In this document: piece after piece, positions 9,108-18,285 of the stretch
How positions within the stretch are numbered: the first letter of the stretch is position 1
Layout: every line of letters starts with the position of its first letter
Assembly: GCA_963847625.1 (NCBI GenBank)
Contig: CAWKAR010000061.1
Location: 1 to 38,729 of the forward strand
Source: a candidate division FCPU426 bacterium
GTDB taxonomy: Bacteria; Oederibacteriota; Muellerivitia; Muellerivitales; Muellerivitaceae
DNA length: 38,729 bases
Reading direction: 5' to 3'
Translations under genes and position numbers: made by a program
The notes under the pieces: model-generated
Told to the model about the DNA's origin: nothing
The model's input: only the letters and a program-made list of their open reading frames with translations
Databases searched by the model: none

Positions 9108-9391
9108 TTATCCACCTTGGCGATTTCAGGGATAACCAGCTTCTCGATTTCGTCTTTCAAGGGTTTGTTAAAGTAATAGTAGGGTATCTCCTTCCAAACA
9201 GGCTTCCCGTCCTTAACTTGGTCGGTTTTAATGCTTTTACCGTAGGGCTTGACAAATATCCCTTTGGATCCCGAGACGGCCACCAACTTTATTAAAGTGG
9301 CCTCTTTTTTCCCCTCAGAAAAAACGACCGTGAATTCCGCCTTCTTGTTCTTCTGGTTCAAAATCTTTAACCGTTGAATCTTAATAGGCAT
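9104..9391 (-). CDS. SpoVG-like nucleic-acid-binding protein
   Basis: Size and pattern (I..LK....KA.F.V......I.LV....G..GIFV.P ... N..LK..I...VI) resemble SpoVG. GGAGG RBS. Confidence 0.5.
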   Translation of the reverse strand: MPIKIQRLKILNQKNKKAEFTVVFSEGKKEATLIKLVAVSGSKGIFVKPYGKSIKTDQVKDGKPVWKEIPYYYFNKPLKDEIEKLVIPEIAKVDK

Positions 9392-9413
9392 GAAATACCT
9401 CCCATAATTTTTA

Positions 9414-9545
9414 AGAGCTTGCTGAAAAAGTTTCTAATTCAGACTTTTTCAGCTACCGACATTTGTGGTAACCCCACGATTCTTGCGGAATCTTAGGGGT
9501 CAGAGGCCGCTTGGTAGCTCTGTTTTTAGTTTTTCAGCGGCCTCT
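9414..9545. repeat. MITE/REP-like element, copy 1
   Basis: Imperfect terminal IRs (AGAGCTTGCTGAAAA ... TTTTCAGCGGCCTCT) and internal hairpins. A ~95-bp core is shared with 16685-16778. Confidence 0.7.
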
Positions 9546-11037
9546 ATTTAATAGCGGTTAATTCCTTCTGCTTTTCCGCGTCCGCTTTCTTCGTCGCTGT
9601 TTCAAGGATTGAATTAATCTCCGCTACCGGCAACGAATTCTTCAATTCCCACCATGTCTTGTAATTTTTGGCCTTTGACGCGGTGGTTAGATGGTTAAGA
9701 AGCGTGACGGTATAACCGACGGGCCTTTCGCCCTTATCCACCAATTTCATCTTATAAAAAACGGCGTTTTTGCCGACCGTCGGAAGCTTGGACTGGTACT
9801 GGTTGGTATCCGCTTCCCTTTCGGCGTCGAGGTAGGTCTTGGATGCCGACCATTCGGCGATTCCCTGGGAGCAGGTTATATTCCACTGTATGAAAATAGG
9901 CTCGGTCGAGATGGCGTCCCGGATGGGCGATGCGGCCAATTCCTGGTTCAAAACAGTACGGATATTCTTTTCAACCGCTTCCCTGAAACGCTTCCCTTTT
10001 TCCAAGGCCTCGGCTTCGGTCCCCTCGAAGGCCCATAGGAACTCGTCCCCGCCCACGCGGAAAGCCCTGTTGGGGAAATGCTCCTTCAGCATTTTCCCGA
10101 AAGCCACGATGACCCTGTCGCCTATTTCGTGGCCCAAGCAGTCGTTAATGCTCTTGAAAAAGTCTATGTCCAGGCGGCAAATGAAAAATAATTTCGGTGA
10201 TACCGTTTTGGCGTGGAAATTGGGCAAGTAAACGTCAACGGCGGTTTTTGAGTAAAGGCCCGTCATGGGGTCCGTGTATAAGGCTTCCGCCGTTTTTTGC
10301 TCTGAAATGACGGTATTAACGTAGGTGTTGATGCGGTCCACGGCCCAAAAAGGGATGATCCTGAGCAGGAACTTCTCGAAAAAATTCATGCTTTTATCGG
10401 TGCGGATGACTATTTCGGTGACATGGTTCCGGGCCTTCTTGAACAGTCTCTCCAAAGCCGGGTCGGACAGCCCGGCCTTCTTCAGAAGGTTCAAGTAATA
10501 GTAAGCCTGGGGGTATTCGGACATTTTCAAATAGGCCGCCCCCAGGGAAAAATACATGTTGTTCGTGTTGTGGCCACGGTTCAACAAGCTTCTGTATGCT
10601 TTTATGGCCTCGGCAAACTGCCCCTTTTCCAATTTAATGTCGGCCTCAAGCTCCACCGCGTCCAGGTAGCCGTGGTCCATTTCGAGGATTCTTTTTATCG
10701 TCTGGATGCAATCCGGGAATTGCTTCAACTGGAAATGAGCGGTTGCCAGGAACATTGAAAGCTTGATTTCCTCCTGGGTGTATTCATTGAGCTTGGCCTT
10801 GACGGGAATCTTGAAGGCTTTGGCGACCTCCAAGGCTTTTTCCGGAGCCCCGTTATCCGAGAATATCCCGGCCGCCAATAGGTAAGCTTTGATGTTGGTG
10901 GGCTCGAATTTGTTGATGACCTGGTCGCAAAGCTCCAAAGCCTCGTTAAGCTTCCCTTCCTCCTTCAGGAAGTTGGCCTGGACAAGGCAATTACGCGCCC
11001 GCTCGGGGTTTATCTCGTGAACCTGGTCATTATTCAT
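9544..11037 (-). CDS. TPR-repeat diguanylate cyclase
   Basis: N-terminal TPRs, then DPMTGL, DIDFFKSINDCLGHEIGD and RVGGDEF. Confidence 0.9.
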   Translation of the reverse strand: MNNDQVHEINPERARNCLVQANFLKEEGKLNEALELCDQVINKFEPTNIKAYLLAAGIFSDNGAPEKALEVAKAFKIPVKAKLNEYTQEEIKLSMFLATAHFQLKQFPDCIQTIKRILEMDHGYLDAVELEADIKLEKGQFAEAIKAYRSLLNRGHNTNNMYFSLGAAYLKMSEYPQAYYYLNLLKKAGLSDPALERLFKKARNHVTEIVIRTDKSMNFFEKFLLRIIPFWAVDRINTYVNTVISEQKTAEALYTDPMTGLYSKTAVDVYLPNFHAKTVSPKLFFICRLDIDFFKSINDCLGHEIGDRVIVAFGKMLKEHFPNRAFRVGGDEFLWAFEGTEAEALEKGKRFREAVEKNIRTVLNQELAASPIRDAISTEPIFIQWNITCSQGIAEWSASKTYLDAEREADTNQYQSKLPTVGKNAVFYKMKLVDKGERPVGYTVTLLNHLTTASKAKNYKTWWELKNSLPVAEINSILETATKKADAEKQKELTAIK

Positions 11038-11594
11038 TTTTGGTCCGTGGCCATGTAAAACCCCACGATCTTAAAACCTTCCGTGAATTTTTGGACGATA
11101 AGCCTGAAAGAAAAAGGGATGTGAATGGAAGAGTTGTTCAACTGTGAGGTGTATTCCATATCGCCGGTAAGCCAGGATGCAACCTGGTTATCGTGGACCT
11201 TGCATTGGGCGGCGACTATGTTCTGAGCCGTGCAATAAAGCTTCTGGTCCGTGATTTGGCGCTGCAAGTCCATCGTGAAAAAGTTGTTTTGGAAGTCGTA
11301 TAAGACGTCCTGGGCGAAATACTTGCTGTTATCCGCCAAGTAGGTCTGGACGTTGTGAAAACCGATGTTGCAGATGGAAATGGCGACTTTTTGGGCGAAT
11401 TCCTGGTATTCGTGGACCTGGTCGGCCGGGATCGCCCCCGACGAACTAGAGGAGGAGAAATCGGGAAAACTCAGTTTCAAAGCGCCTCGATGCGAAAACA
11501 AAGCAAACCCCACAAGGATCACCAGGGCCACACCGCCGATCAGGTATTTATTTATCCCGGATGACTCGTTCTTTTCGACTCTTCCAAGTTTCAT
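11034..11594 (-). CDS. Bitopic VirB8/TcpC-like (NTF2-fold candidate) protein
   Basis: One N-terminal TM, then an alpha-to-beta pattern ending GFKIVGF. Coupled to virB4. Confidence 0.55.
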   Translation of the reverse strand: MKLGRVEKNESSGINKYLIGGVALVILVGFALFSHRGALKLSFPDFSSSSSSGAIPADQVHEYQEFAQKVAISICNIGFHNVQTYLADNSKYFAQDVLYDFQNNFFTMDLQRQITDQKLYCTAQNIVAAQCKVHDNQVASWLTGDMEYTSQLNNSSIHIPFSFRLIVQKFTEGFKIVGFYMATDQK

Positions 11595-14164
11595 GGTCTG
11601 CTCCTTAAAAATTCAGGATCGCGGTTCAAGAATTCGTCCTCCACCAGATGGTAGATGGCCCTCCAAGTCCCCTCGACGTTGCTGTCGGGGTTGAAATGGT
11701 TCATGTATTTTTCCCGCCTGGGCTTGTCCAGGGGGTGGGATGTGGAGATCCAATAGGAGACGGGATCCGGGCAGATGAAGGCCAAACCCTGCCGGGCGGT
11801 GCTCTTGATGAAACACTTGCTGTGGACGCCCTTGAGCATGAAGAGATCCGAGATAATCGCGGCTTCTTTGTCCCCCAATTCGAAGGCTTTCACGCATAAG
11901 GCCCGGTCGGCGTCCCCTAGCTTCATGAAAATCTTCGTGGCGGCGTTGTCGAGGGCCGTTTTAGCCTTCTCGGTGGCCATGCAGTCGGCTATTTTTTGGG
12001 TGGCGTAGATGGTGCAAAGGGACAAATGGCGGGAAGTCCTGGAAAGGATGTCCGCGAAATCCTGCCCGGCCGGGAAGGAAAGAAGATCCCAAAACTCGTC
12101 TATGACGATGATGGGGAATTTACCTTCCTTTTGGCAAAGCCTGGCCCGGGCGAAACAATAGGTGGAGGTGATGTAGGTAACCAAAGCCTTGATCTTCTCG
12201 CGCTTGGCTCCAAGGGAAGTGTCGAAAACGATGAACTTGCTGTTGCGGTCGATGTTGGTTTCCCGGTCGGTAATGTTCGCGTAGGTGCCGTCCTCGACGA
12301 ACTGCGAAAGGATGTCCGCGAAAGCGGACGATAATTCACGCGCCGATTCTGAACGGTTCTTATCCTTTGACATTTCCGATATGACTTTACGGAAATCCCT
12401 TAGCAGGGGGAAATGCGGCCCGCCTTCTTTACCTTTCGTTTCGTCGTATTTGGTCTTGTAGGTCTTTTTGATGGCTTCCAGGAGAACGGCCGTCTCAGCG
12501 TTCTTTAAGGCCTTCTCCCCCGTTTCGGTCAAAAGGGTCGTGAGGTAACCCAGGACCGTTTCCTCCTGGTCCTCCGAGACGACACCTCTTTTGACGTAGC
12601 TTTCCTCGGGGCAGTCGAAGGCGTTAATGTGCTTGTCGCATTTCAGGTCGAAGTAGATGTATTCCCCGCCGGCAACATCGCAAAGCGTCTTATAACAGCC
12701 GGACCGGTCGATCACCATTACTTCCGGAGCGCGCGGCATGAGCCGGGTGAGGATGAGCTGGGTGCCGAAACTTTTCCCGCTTCCGGGTGAGCCGAAAATG
12801 CCGATGTTGTAATTCTCAACCACACTCGACCAGGGATTTAGCATGAGGGGCTGGTTCCCCGCCGTATGGCCCACCAGGACGCCCTTGTCGAAAGTAAGGC
12901 TATCAATGAAAAACGGCCAGCAATTGGCGATATCCACGGTCGTCTGCAGGCGCTCGACCCGGTCCCTGGTAATGTTGGAACACAAGGGGAGGGAGGAAAA
13001 GAAAAGATCCTCCTGCTGGTAATAACCGTCGTAACGGTGGATCCCCTCAAACCGGGAGTAGAAATTCTCGTAATTGTTCTTTAAATCCTTCTCGTTATCC
13101 CCGTAAACGGAGATGAACATCGAAATCCGGGCCAAGCCCGTTTCCCTTTGGGCGATGGCGGCCAAAACCGTGCTTCTATTCCCCATATTGGCGTGTGCCT
13201 CATAGTTGGGGGTGCTGCCCTCGTCGCTGGTGGCCTGGTCGATGCGCATTTGGCCCCTGATGATCGACTTCCCCAGTTCCTGGTCCAGGCCACGGATAAA
13301 TACCGTAACCTTGAAATCCTCGTTTTGTTGAAGGAATTGAGAGAGGAAATGGGTAAGGTTTTGAACGTTGGGAAAATTGGTGATCGTCATGGTCCGGACT
13401 AGGCGTTCCCCGATTTTCAACGATGAAGGCGTTGAAAGTATCGGCTGTACGCAAAGGGCTTCCCTGAGCGTTTCCATGCTTCCGGGCCCGCCCGCCACCG
13501 GCGCGGCGTTCTTGAATCCGGACGTGTCTCCCTTAAAGTTCAAAAGGTTAATTTCCGAATATAGAAACCGGTAAATTTCCTCTTCTTTGAGTTCCCGGGC
13601 GGTCACGCCTGAGACGCCCAGGACGTTGACCCAGGCTTTGGCCCTTCTACTTACTTCCTCCAATTGTTTGACAAGTTCGTCCGTTGAATCCGGCTTGGAA
13701 TTATTACCACCCAAGAACCTTGAAAATAAATTTACGGCTGATTCCGTAAGGGGCTTTAGGTTGAAATCGATGCTGAATAAGAGAAAAACCTCGTAGTCGC
13801 AAAGACGCCTGTTCTTGACGAAATCAGAGATAAAACCCTCGTAGTATTGGACAAAGTTATTTTGAAAGCCTTCCGCCGCCTCCGGACGGCAGGTGGATTT
13901 GAAATTGTCTATCAGGACCATATCGTCCGCCGGGACACGGCGCAAAATGATTTGGATTTCCTCATTTGGCCTGAGTTGCCGGATGGCGTTCTCAAAGGCT
14001 GAAATCTTGGCCAAAACCGAGTTCTGGTCCTCCGTCTGGGGGTTTACCCCGCCCGTGACCTGGTAAACGGCGGCAAACCTGCGGTTCCGGAGCTCGATAT
14101 AACCCTCGCCCACCCGGGCAAGGTTAAGGCTTTCGGCTGGTACGCCGATAGTTTGGGTGGCCAT
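11591..14164 (-). CDS. virB4: VirB4-family T4SS ATPase
   Basis: 857 aa. Walker A GSPGSGKS, VID...Y, INAFD, Walker B IVIDEFW, SRH...YATQ. Confidence 0.92.
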   Translation of the reverse strand: MATQTIGVPAESLNLARVGEGYIELRNRRFAAVYQVTGGVNPQTEDQNSVLAKISAFENAIRQLRPNEEIQIILRRVPADDMVLIDNFKSTCRPEAAEGFQNNFVQYYEGFISDFVKNRRLCDYEVFLLFSIDFNLKPLTESAVNLFSRFLGGNNSKPDSTDELVKQLEEVSRRAKAWVNVLGVSGVTARELKEEEIYRFLYSEINLLNFKGDTSGFKNAAPVAGGPGSMETLREALCVQPILSTPSSLKIGERLVRTMTITNFPNVQNLTHFLSQFLQQNEDFKVTVFIRGLDQELGKSIIRGQMRIDQATSDEGSTPNYEAHANMGNRSTVLAAIAQRETGLARISMFISVYGDNEKDLKNNYENFYSRFEGIHRYDGYYQQEDLFFSSLPLCSNITRDRVERLQTTVDIANCWPFFIDSLTFDKGVLVGHTAGNQPLMLNPWSSVVENYNIGIFGSPGSGKSFGTQLILTRLMPRAPEVMVIDRSGCYKTLCDVAGGEYIYFDLKCDKHINAFDCPEESYVKRGVVSEDQEETVLGYLTTLLTETGEKALKNAETAVLLEAIKKTYKTKYDETKGKEGGPHFPLLRDFRKVISEMSKDKNRSESARELSSAFADILSQFVEDGTYANITDRETNIDRNSKFIVFDTSLGAKREKIKALVTYITSTYCFARARLCQKEGKFPIIVIDEFWDLLSFPAGQDFADILSRTSRHLSLCTIYATQKIADCMATEKAKTALDNAATKIFMKLGDADRALCVKAFELGDKEAAIISDLFMLKGVHSKCFIKSTARQGLAFICPDPVSYWISTSHPLDKPRREKYMNHFNPDSNVEGTWRAIYHLVEDEFLNRDPEFLRSRP

Positions 14165-14165
14165 A

Positions 14166-14450
14166 TTAGAACTCCGCCTTTTCCCGGCCTGGTATCTTCA
14201 GGCGGGGGGTGGTGTAAAAACGAAGCATTCCCCTGAAAAAGCCCTTCGGGAAAATATTCTTCAGGAACACGGCGATTAAAGCCGACAAAAAAATTAGGAC
14301 CGTTAAACCGATGGAAGGCAGGAAGGGCATTTTTTTGCTTGTGGCAATGAAAAAAAGGCCGTCCAGGAAAAGAAAAGCCGCCAGGAAAATGGCGTCGCTG
14401 AAAGGAATAAAACCAAGGACTTTGGATGGTTCGTCAAGCGGTCGTCCCAC
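14166..14450 (-). CDS. VirB3/PrgI-like small membrane protein
   Basis: 94 aa, R.LDEP.KVLGF start, 2 TM, directly upstream of virB4. Confidence 0.7.
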   Translation of the reverse strand: MGRPLDEPSKVLGFIPFSDAIFLAAFLFLDGLFFIATSKKMPFLPSIGLTVLIFLSALIAVFLKNIFPKGFFRGMLRFYTTPRLKIPGREKAEF

Positions 14451-16320
14451 TGCCCCCTCCTTTTACATTGCTTCCCTTGATGTCGTAGGGGCTCTTGGAA
14501 CCTTTATAGGATGAATTCGCCGACCGGACGGCGGCAAAGGCTTTGCTCGGGGAATAACCACTTTTGCCTTTTGAACCTTCCCCGCTTGGAAAGACGTTTT
14601 GGATGTAGGGGCCCAAACCCTGGCTGTGCTTGCCTGCCAAGTTATTTGAGACGGCGTTGATGGATTTCGTGGAATGCTCCCCCGCCTTGGAACCAAAGGA
14701 ATAACCGGCCTTTGCCAAAGCCATTACGGCACCGGGTCCACCCGCTAAACCGACAACACCCGCGGCCGCTCCGACCATTGCGCCTCCCGCGAAACCGGCC
14801 CCTTTTTGGGTGACAATTCCGGACGATGCGGCCGCCACCCCGGCCACGGTCCGGACCCCGGCCATGGCGTCCCTCATAAAGCCGTGGGCGCTCCCGCCTG
14901 ATCCCCAATTAAAACTCGAGAAAATACCCGCGAAATCCTGGGTGTTTTGGATGATGGAAAGCCCGGCCAGGATCAGGAAGGCCGTCATGATAGATCCGGT
15001 ACCGGCTCCACCCTCCGTCCCCCACCGCGCGAAAATAACGCAATTCATGGCCAGCAAAGCCAGGCCCCAAATGGGGCCGTAAAGATGCAACTTCAGGAAA
15101 AGTTTCAGGCCGCCCAGGGTGATGTTCTCCGTCGAGGGGTGGCCTAAAAGGCCGATCAGGGGGAATCCCAAGAGAAAAAGGATGAATATTGAAAAAACTT
15201 GGTAACCTTTCGCGACCAATACACCGATACAAATAAAGAGGCCCCATAAAGCGACGCAACACTTAACCACCGAGCTAATGATGTTTTGGAATGTGTCCTG
15301 GGTATCGTACTGGGAAGTGGAAGTCGGGCCGGGTTGAGGATTGCTGCCGGTATTAGGGACGGCGATAGCCAATTGGGAGGGAGTCTGTTCCCCTGGCAAA
15401 ATGAAATTACCCTGGTTAGGGACAAAATTCGCCGTGGGAAAATTCTGGCTGGAACCCGTCCCGCCCGGCATGACATCCGAGTTTTGGCCGGTTCCCAGGT
15501 TTTGAAGCTGGGCGGTGTTTGAGAAATAAGAGATAAGGTTAGGGGTGAAAAAAATCATCATTAAACAAGCCGTGGCGGTGGCCAAAATTCCAAAGCCGCC
15601 GTTTTTACCCTCTTTTATCCTCGACCACCCGTAGATCAACCCCACGACACCCAAAAAAGTCGCAAGTGAATAGGCGAAATATTTCAAAAGGTTCACTTCG
15701 TAAATCAACGACGCCTTATGGGCCTGGCCGACCGATCCGCCCCCAAGTGGCTGGGTGGCGTCCAGGTTGTTGAGGCCGTCCAGGACGTTCTGGGTGTTGA
15801 AAAGGTTCTGGTGGTAAAGGTAGAAAGCCAGGTTCGTGGAAATCTTGGCTGATTCGGAAACGATAGTCGGCCAAGAGAACAATAAAAGGACGGGGCCGAT
15901 AAGCCTAGCCAAAGTCAAAACGGTAAAAGACTGGCCCGTGAGCCCCAAGGCAAGGCGGCCCATGTAAAACATGAACATGACCGCCAACAAAATAAAACCC
16001 ATCCATTCCATGATGTGCATGACGTTAAAAACCATGGAGGAGGCCCCGGGCGCTCCTGAATAGGTTTGGGGATCGGCAAAGTCAGGGATGTATAAAAGCC
16101 TCGTACCTAGCCAGCCGTAGACCTTAAAAAGGGCTTGGACGAAAAAATCCGCTCCCCACCTGAAAAAAGAACAGATTAAATGCCATGCGTGTGTTGTTAC
16201 GAAATTCCACAAGCCGGTGGTGACGGCACTAGGATCGTCACCCAAGAGCCCGGCCCTCGCCTGGGACCGGGCAAGCAGAAAAACGGCAATGAATAAGAAA
16301 AAGCCCTTTAACCGCTTCAT
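14434..16320 (-). CDS. VirB6/TrbL-like polytopic membrane protein
   Basis: Many TM segments, a Gly/Ala-rich C-terminal tail, and position in the T4SS operon. Confidence 0.7.
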   Translation of the reverse strand: MKRLKGFFLFIAVFLLARSQARAGLLGDDPSAVTTGLWNFVTTHAWHLICSFFRWGADFFVQALFKVYGWLGTRLLYIPDFADPQTYSGAPGASSMVFNVMHIMEWMGFILLAVMFMFYMGRLALGLTGQSFTVLTLARLIGPVLLLFSWPTIVSESAKISTNLAFYLYHQNLFNTQNVLDGLNNLDATQPLGGGSVGQAHKASLIYEVNLLKYFAYSLATFLGVVGLIYGWSRIKEGKNGGFGILATATACLMMIFFTPNLISYFSNTAQLQNLGTGQNSDVMPGGTGSSQNFPTANFVPNQGNFILPGEQTPSQLAIAVPNTGSNPQPGPTSTSQYDTQDTFQNIISSVVKCCVALWGLFICIGVLVAKGYQVFSIFILFLLGFPLIGLLGHPSTENITLGGLKLFLKLHLYGPIWGLALLAMNCVIFARWGTEGGAGTGSIMTAFLILAGLSIIQNTQDFAGIFSSFNWGSGGSAHGFMRDAMAGVRTVAGVAAASSGIVTQKGAGFAGGAMVGAAAGVVGLAGGPGAVMALAKAGYSFGSKAGEHSTKSINAVSNNLAGKHSQGLGPYIQNVFPSGEGSKGKSGYSPSKAFAAVRSANSSYKGSKSPYDIKGSNVKGGGSGTTA

Positions 16321-16323
16321 GAG

Positions 16324-16665
16324 TTATTGGCCGTTCCAAACGTTGGTGGCAGGGGTGGCTCCCGACGAAAAAAACAGGCCGTAAAGGTATTGCCCGAGTG
16401 AAGGCACGAACGGGACCGCGAAAATGGCAAAAATAAGCCAAATGACCTTTTCTTTTTCGCCCGGCTGGCCGCTATGAATCTTAGCCATGTGGAAAATGAG
16501 TTGGATAACCAAATAAGCTTCCACAATTCCGACAAAAAACGCGGACAACATGCCAAAAGCGGTGTTTAAGGCCGGAAATCCCGGGACTCCAAGCGCCCAG
16601 GATTGGGAAACCGTCCCGAGTAAAAATGAAGCAAAGAAACCACCGATCAAAATGTTCCGTTTCAT
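16324..16665 (-). CDS. VirB2/TrbC-like pilin
   Basis: 113 aa with signal peptide (SWA) and two hydrophobic helices separated by a short polar loop. Confidence 0.65.
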   Translation of the reverse strand: MKRNILIGGFFASFLLGTVSQSWALGVPGFPALNTAFGMLSAFFVGIVEAYLVIQLIFHMAKIHSGQPGEKEKVIWLIFAIFAVPFVPSLGQYLYGLFFSSGATPATNVWNGQ

Positions 16666-16682
16666 CCTTGATCCTTTCTAAT

Positions 16683-16899
16683 AACTTGCTGAAAAAGTCC
16701 CTAAGTCGGACTTTTTCACCTGACGACATTTGCGGTATCCCCACGATTCCTGCGGAATCTTTGGGGTCGAAGGCTGCTTTGCGCCGATTCTCATATTTTC
16801 AAAATCATGATGAAATCGGTGCTATGCCACTTTCCAAATGATTCATGAAATTAAGAAAAGTGGTATGTGTGCCTATTTATATTTTTTTGCAGCCTGCTA
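16683..16899. repeat. MITE/REP-like element, copy 2
   Basis: CTTGCTGAAAAAGT...GACTTTTTCA...CCCCACGATTCCTGCGGAATCTTTGGGGTC core, ending TTTTTGCAGCCTG. Confidence 0.7.
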
Positions 16900-16901
16900 T
16901 T

Positions 16902-17756
16902 TTATTGACCTGCGCTCGGCAATGAACCGCTATTCCCTGCCGGTTGGCCGGAAGGTGCGGTCAATGTGTTTATTTTCGTATTTGTGTAATTAGTGGCCTG
17001 GCCGGACGCGTTATACGCGGCCGCGGCCCCCGTGTTGTTGGCCACCGACCCGCCCGATTGTCCGTTGGCCAAGCCCATCGCCCCGGTGCTTAAAACACCA
17101 CCCATACCCAAACTTCCAAGCCCTAAAGAAGTAAGCAACTTCGCGGCCGCGACATTGGACAAAGCTCCCAATGCCGCTACGGCCATGCCCGAAACAGCGG
17201 TATTTAAAGCTTGGGCAAAAACGGATTCCTGCTGGCCCGGCGTGTAACTCGGCGAAACATAAGGCATAGGCGTTGAGGAAATTTGGTTTGCGATTTGCCC
17301 GGCCTGGCTCCGGTCCCCCTGCTCGACAGCCGTGGCTTCCTGGTTCATTTCCGAGCCTATTTGTTGAAGTTGGGGATCGCCTGAGGCGTTAAGCTGGGTG
17401 GCTTGCTGCCGCAATTGGTTCGCGTTGTCGAACGCCAAGGCCGTTCCGGCTGTTTGCGCCAAGGCTTGGGCCAAAGTCCCCATTTGCTGGATGATTTGGC
17501 CTTTGACGTAGTTGCGGGAATCCCCTTCCGGAAACTGGTTCAAGTTGTAATTCATCCTGGATGACCTGCCGGCATACCTGGCCGCAATGGCGGGTGAGCC
17601 GTAACGGACATAACCCAATTGCGGGTCCGCCTTGAATTGAGCGAATTTATCCTGTAGGTACTTGCTGAATGAAGAAAACTCGTCCGCGCACGGCCCGGAG
17701 ATGGCGGAAAGGGGCGAAAGAAAAATTGCCAAAGCGATAAAGGTTTTGAATTTCAT
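16902..17756 (-). CDS. Secreted Gln/Ala/Gly-rich protein (VirB5-like candidate)
   Basis: Signal peptide, coiled Q/A-rich core, Gly-rich hydrophobic C-terminal part. Confidence 0.55.
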   Translation of the reverse strand: MKFKTFIALAIFLSPLSAISGPCADEFSSFSKYLQDKFAQFKADPQLGYVRYGSPAIAARYAGRSSRMNYNLNQFPEGDSRNYVKGQIIQQMGTLAQALAQTAGTALAFDNANQLRQQATQLNASGDPQLQQIGSEMNQEATAVEQGDRSQAGQIANQISSTPMPYVSPSYTPGQQESVFAQALNTAVSGMAVAALGALSNVAAAKLLTSLGLGSLGMGGVLSTGAMGLANGQSGGSVANNTGAAAAYNASGQATNYTNTKINTLTAPSGQPAGNSGSLPSAGQ

Positions 17757-17766
17757 TAAGAGTCTC

Positions 17767-18285
17767 CTATTTCAAGGGCAGGATCGAGGGGTACTGCTCC
17801 CCGTCCACGATCACCATGATTCGTAGATTCATTCCCGGCGTGAATTCACTAGGCTGGTCCACGACGAAGCTGTTTTGGTCGTTTAATCCGCCCTGGGCGA
17901 TCACCGTTTTGTCCGCGTCGTCCTTCTCAAGGATCCATTTCTCGGCGGCCGCCGTGGATACGACCTTTAAGATAAAGTGGGTGTGGTAGTTGGTCATGGT
18001 TGCGGTCATTTCCGACCAGGCGGATTTAGATTTGAAAACCTGGGTCACGGGCGGGGGGACGCTGGATGCGTCCGATCCGGTTTTGCCGACCCCCTTTTGC
18101 CTGTTAGAAGCCCTCCGGGCTATGCTCTGCCCGGGCAAGGGTTTGATTTTGTAATCCTCCCGGTCGTTGTAACGCCGTGAAACCTCATTGAACATGTCCG
18201 CGTGGAATTGGAAAAAGGACGGAAAGTCCGTTGAGGCGGCGGTGGTGGAAACAGCAAAAAATAAAATAAAAGGCGCATATCTCAA
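17767..18285 (-). CDS. Secreted hypothetical protein
   Basis: Probable TTG start overlapping the upstream stop. Signal-like YAPFILFFAVSTTAA. Confidence 0.55.
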   Translation of the reverse strand: MRYAPFILFFAVSTTAASTDFPSFFQFHADMFNEVSRRYNDREDYKIKPLPGQSIARRASNRQKGVGKTGSDASSVPPPVTQVFKSKSAWSEMTATMTNYHTHFILKVVSTAAAEKWILEKDDADKTVIAQGGLNDQNSFVVDQPSEFTPGMNLRIMVIVDGEQYPSILPLK

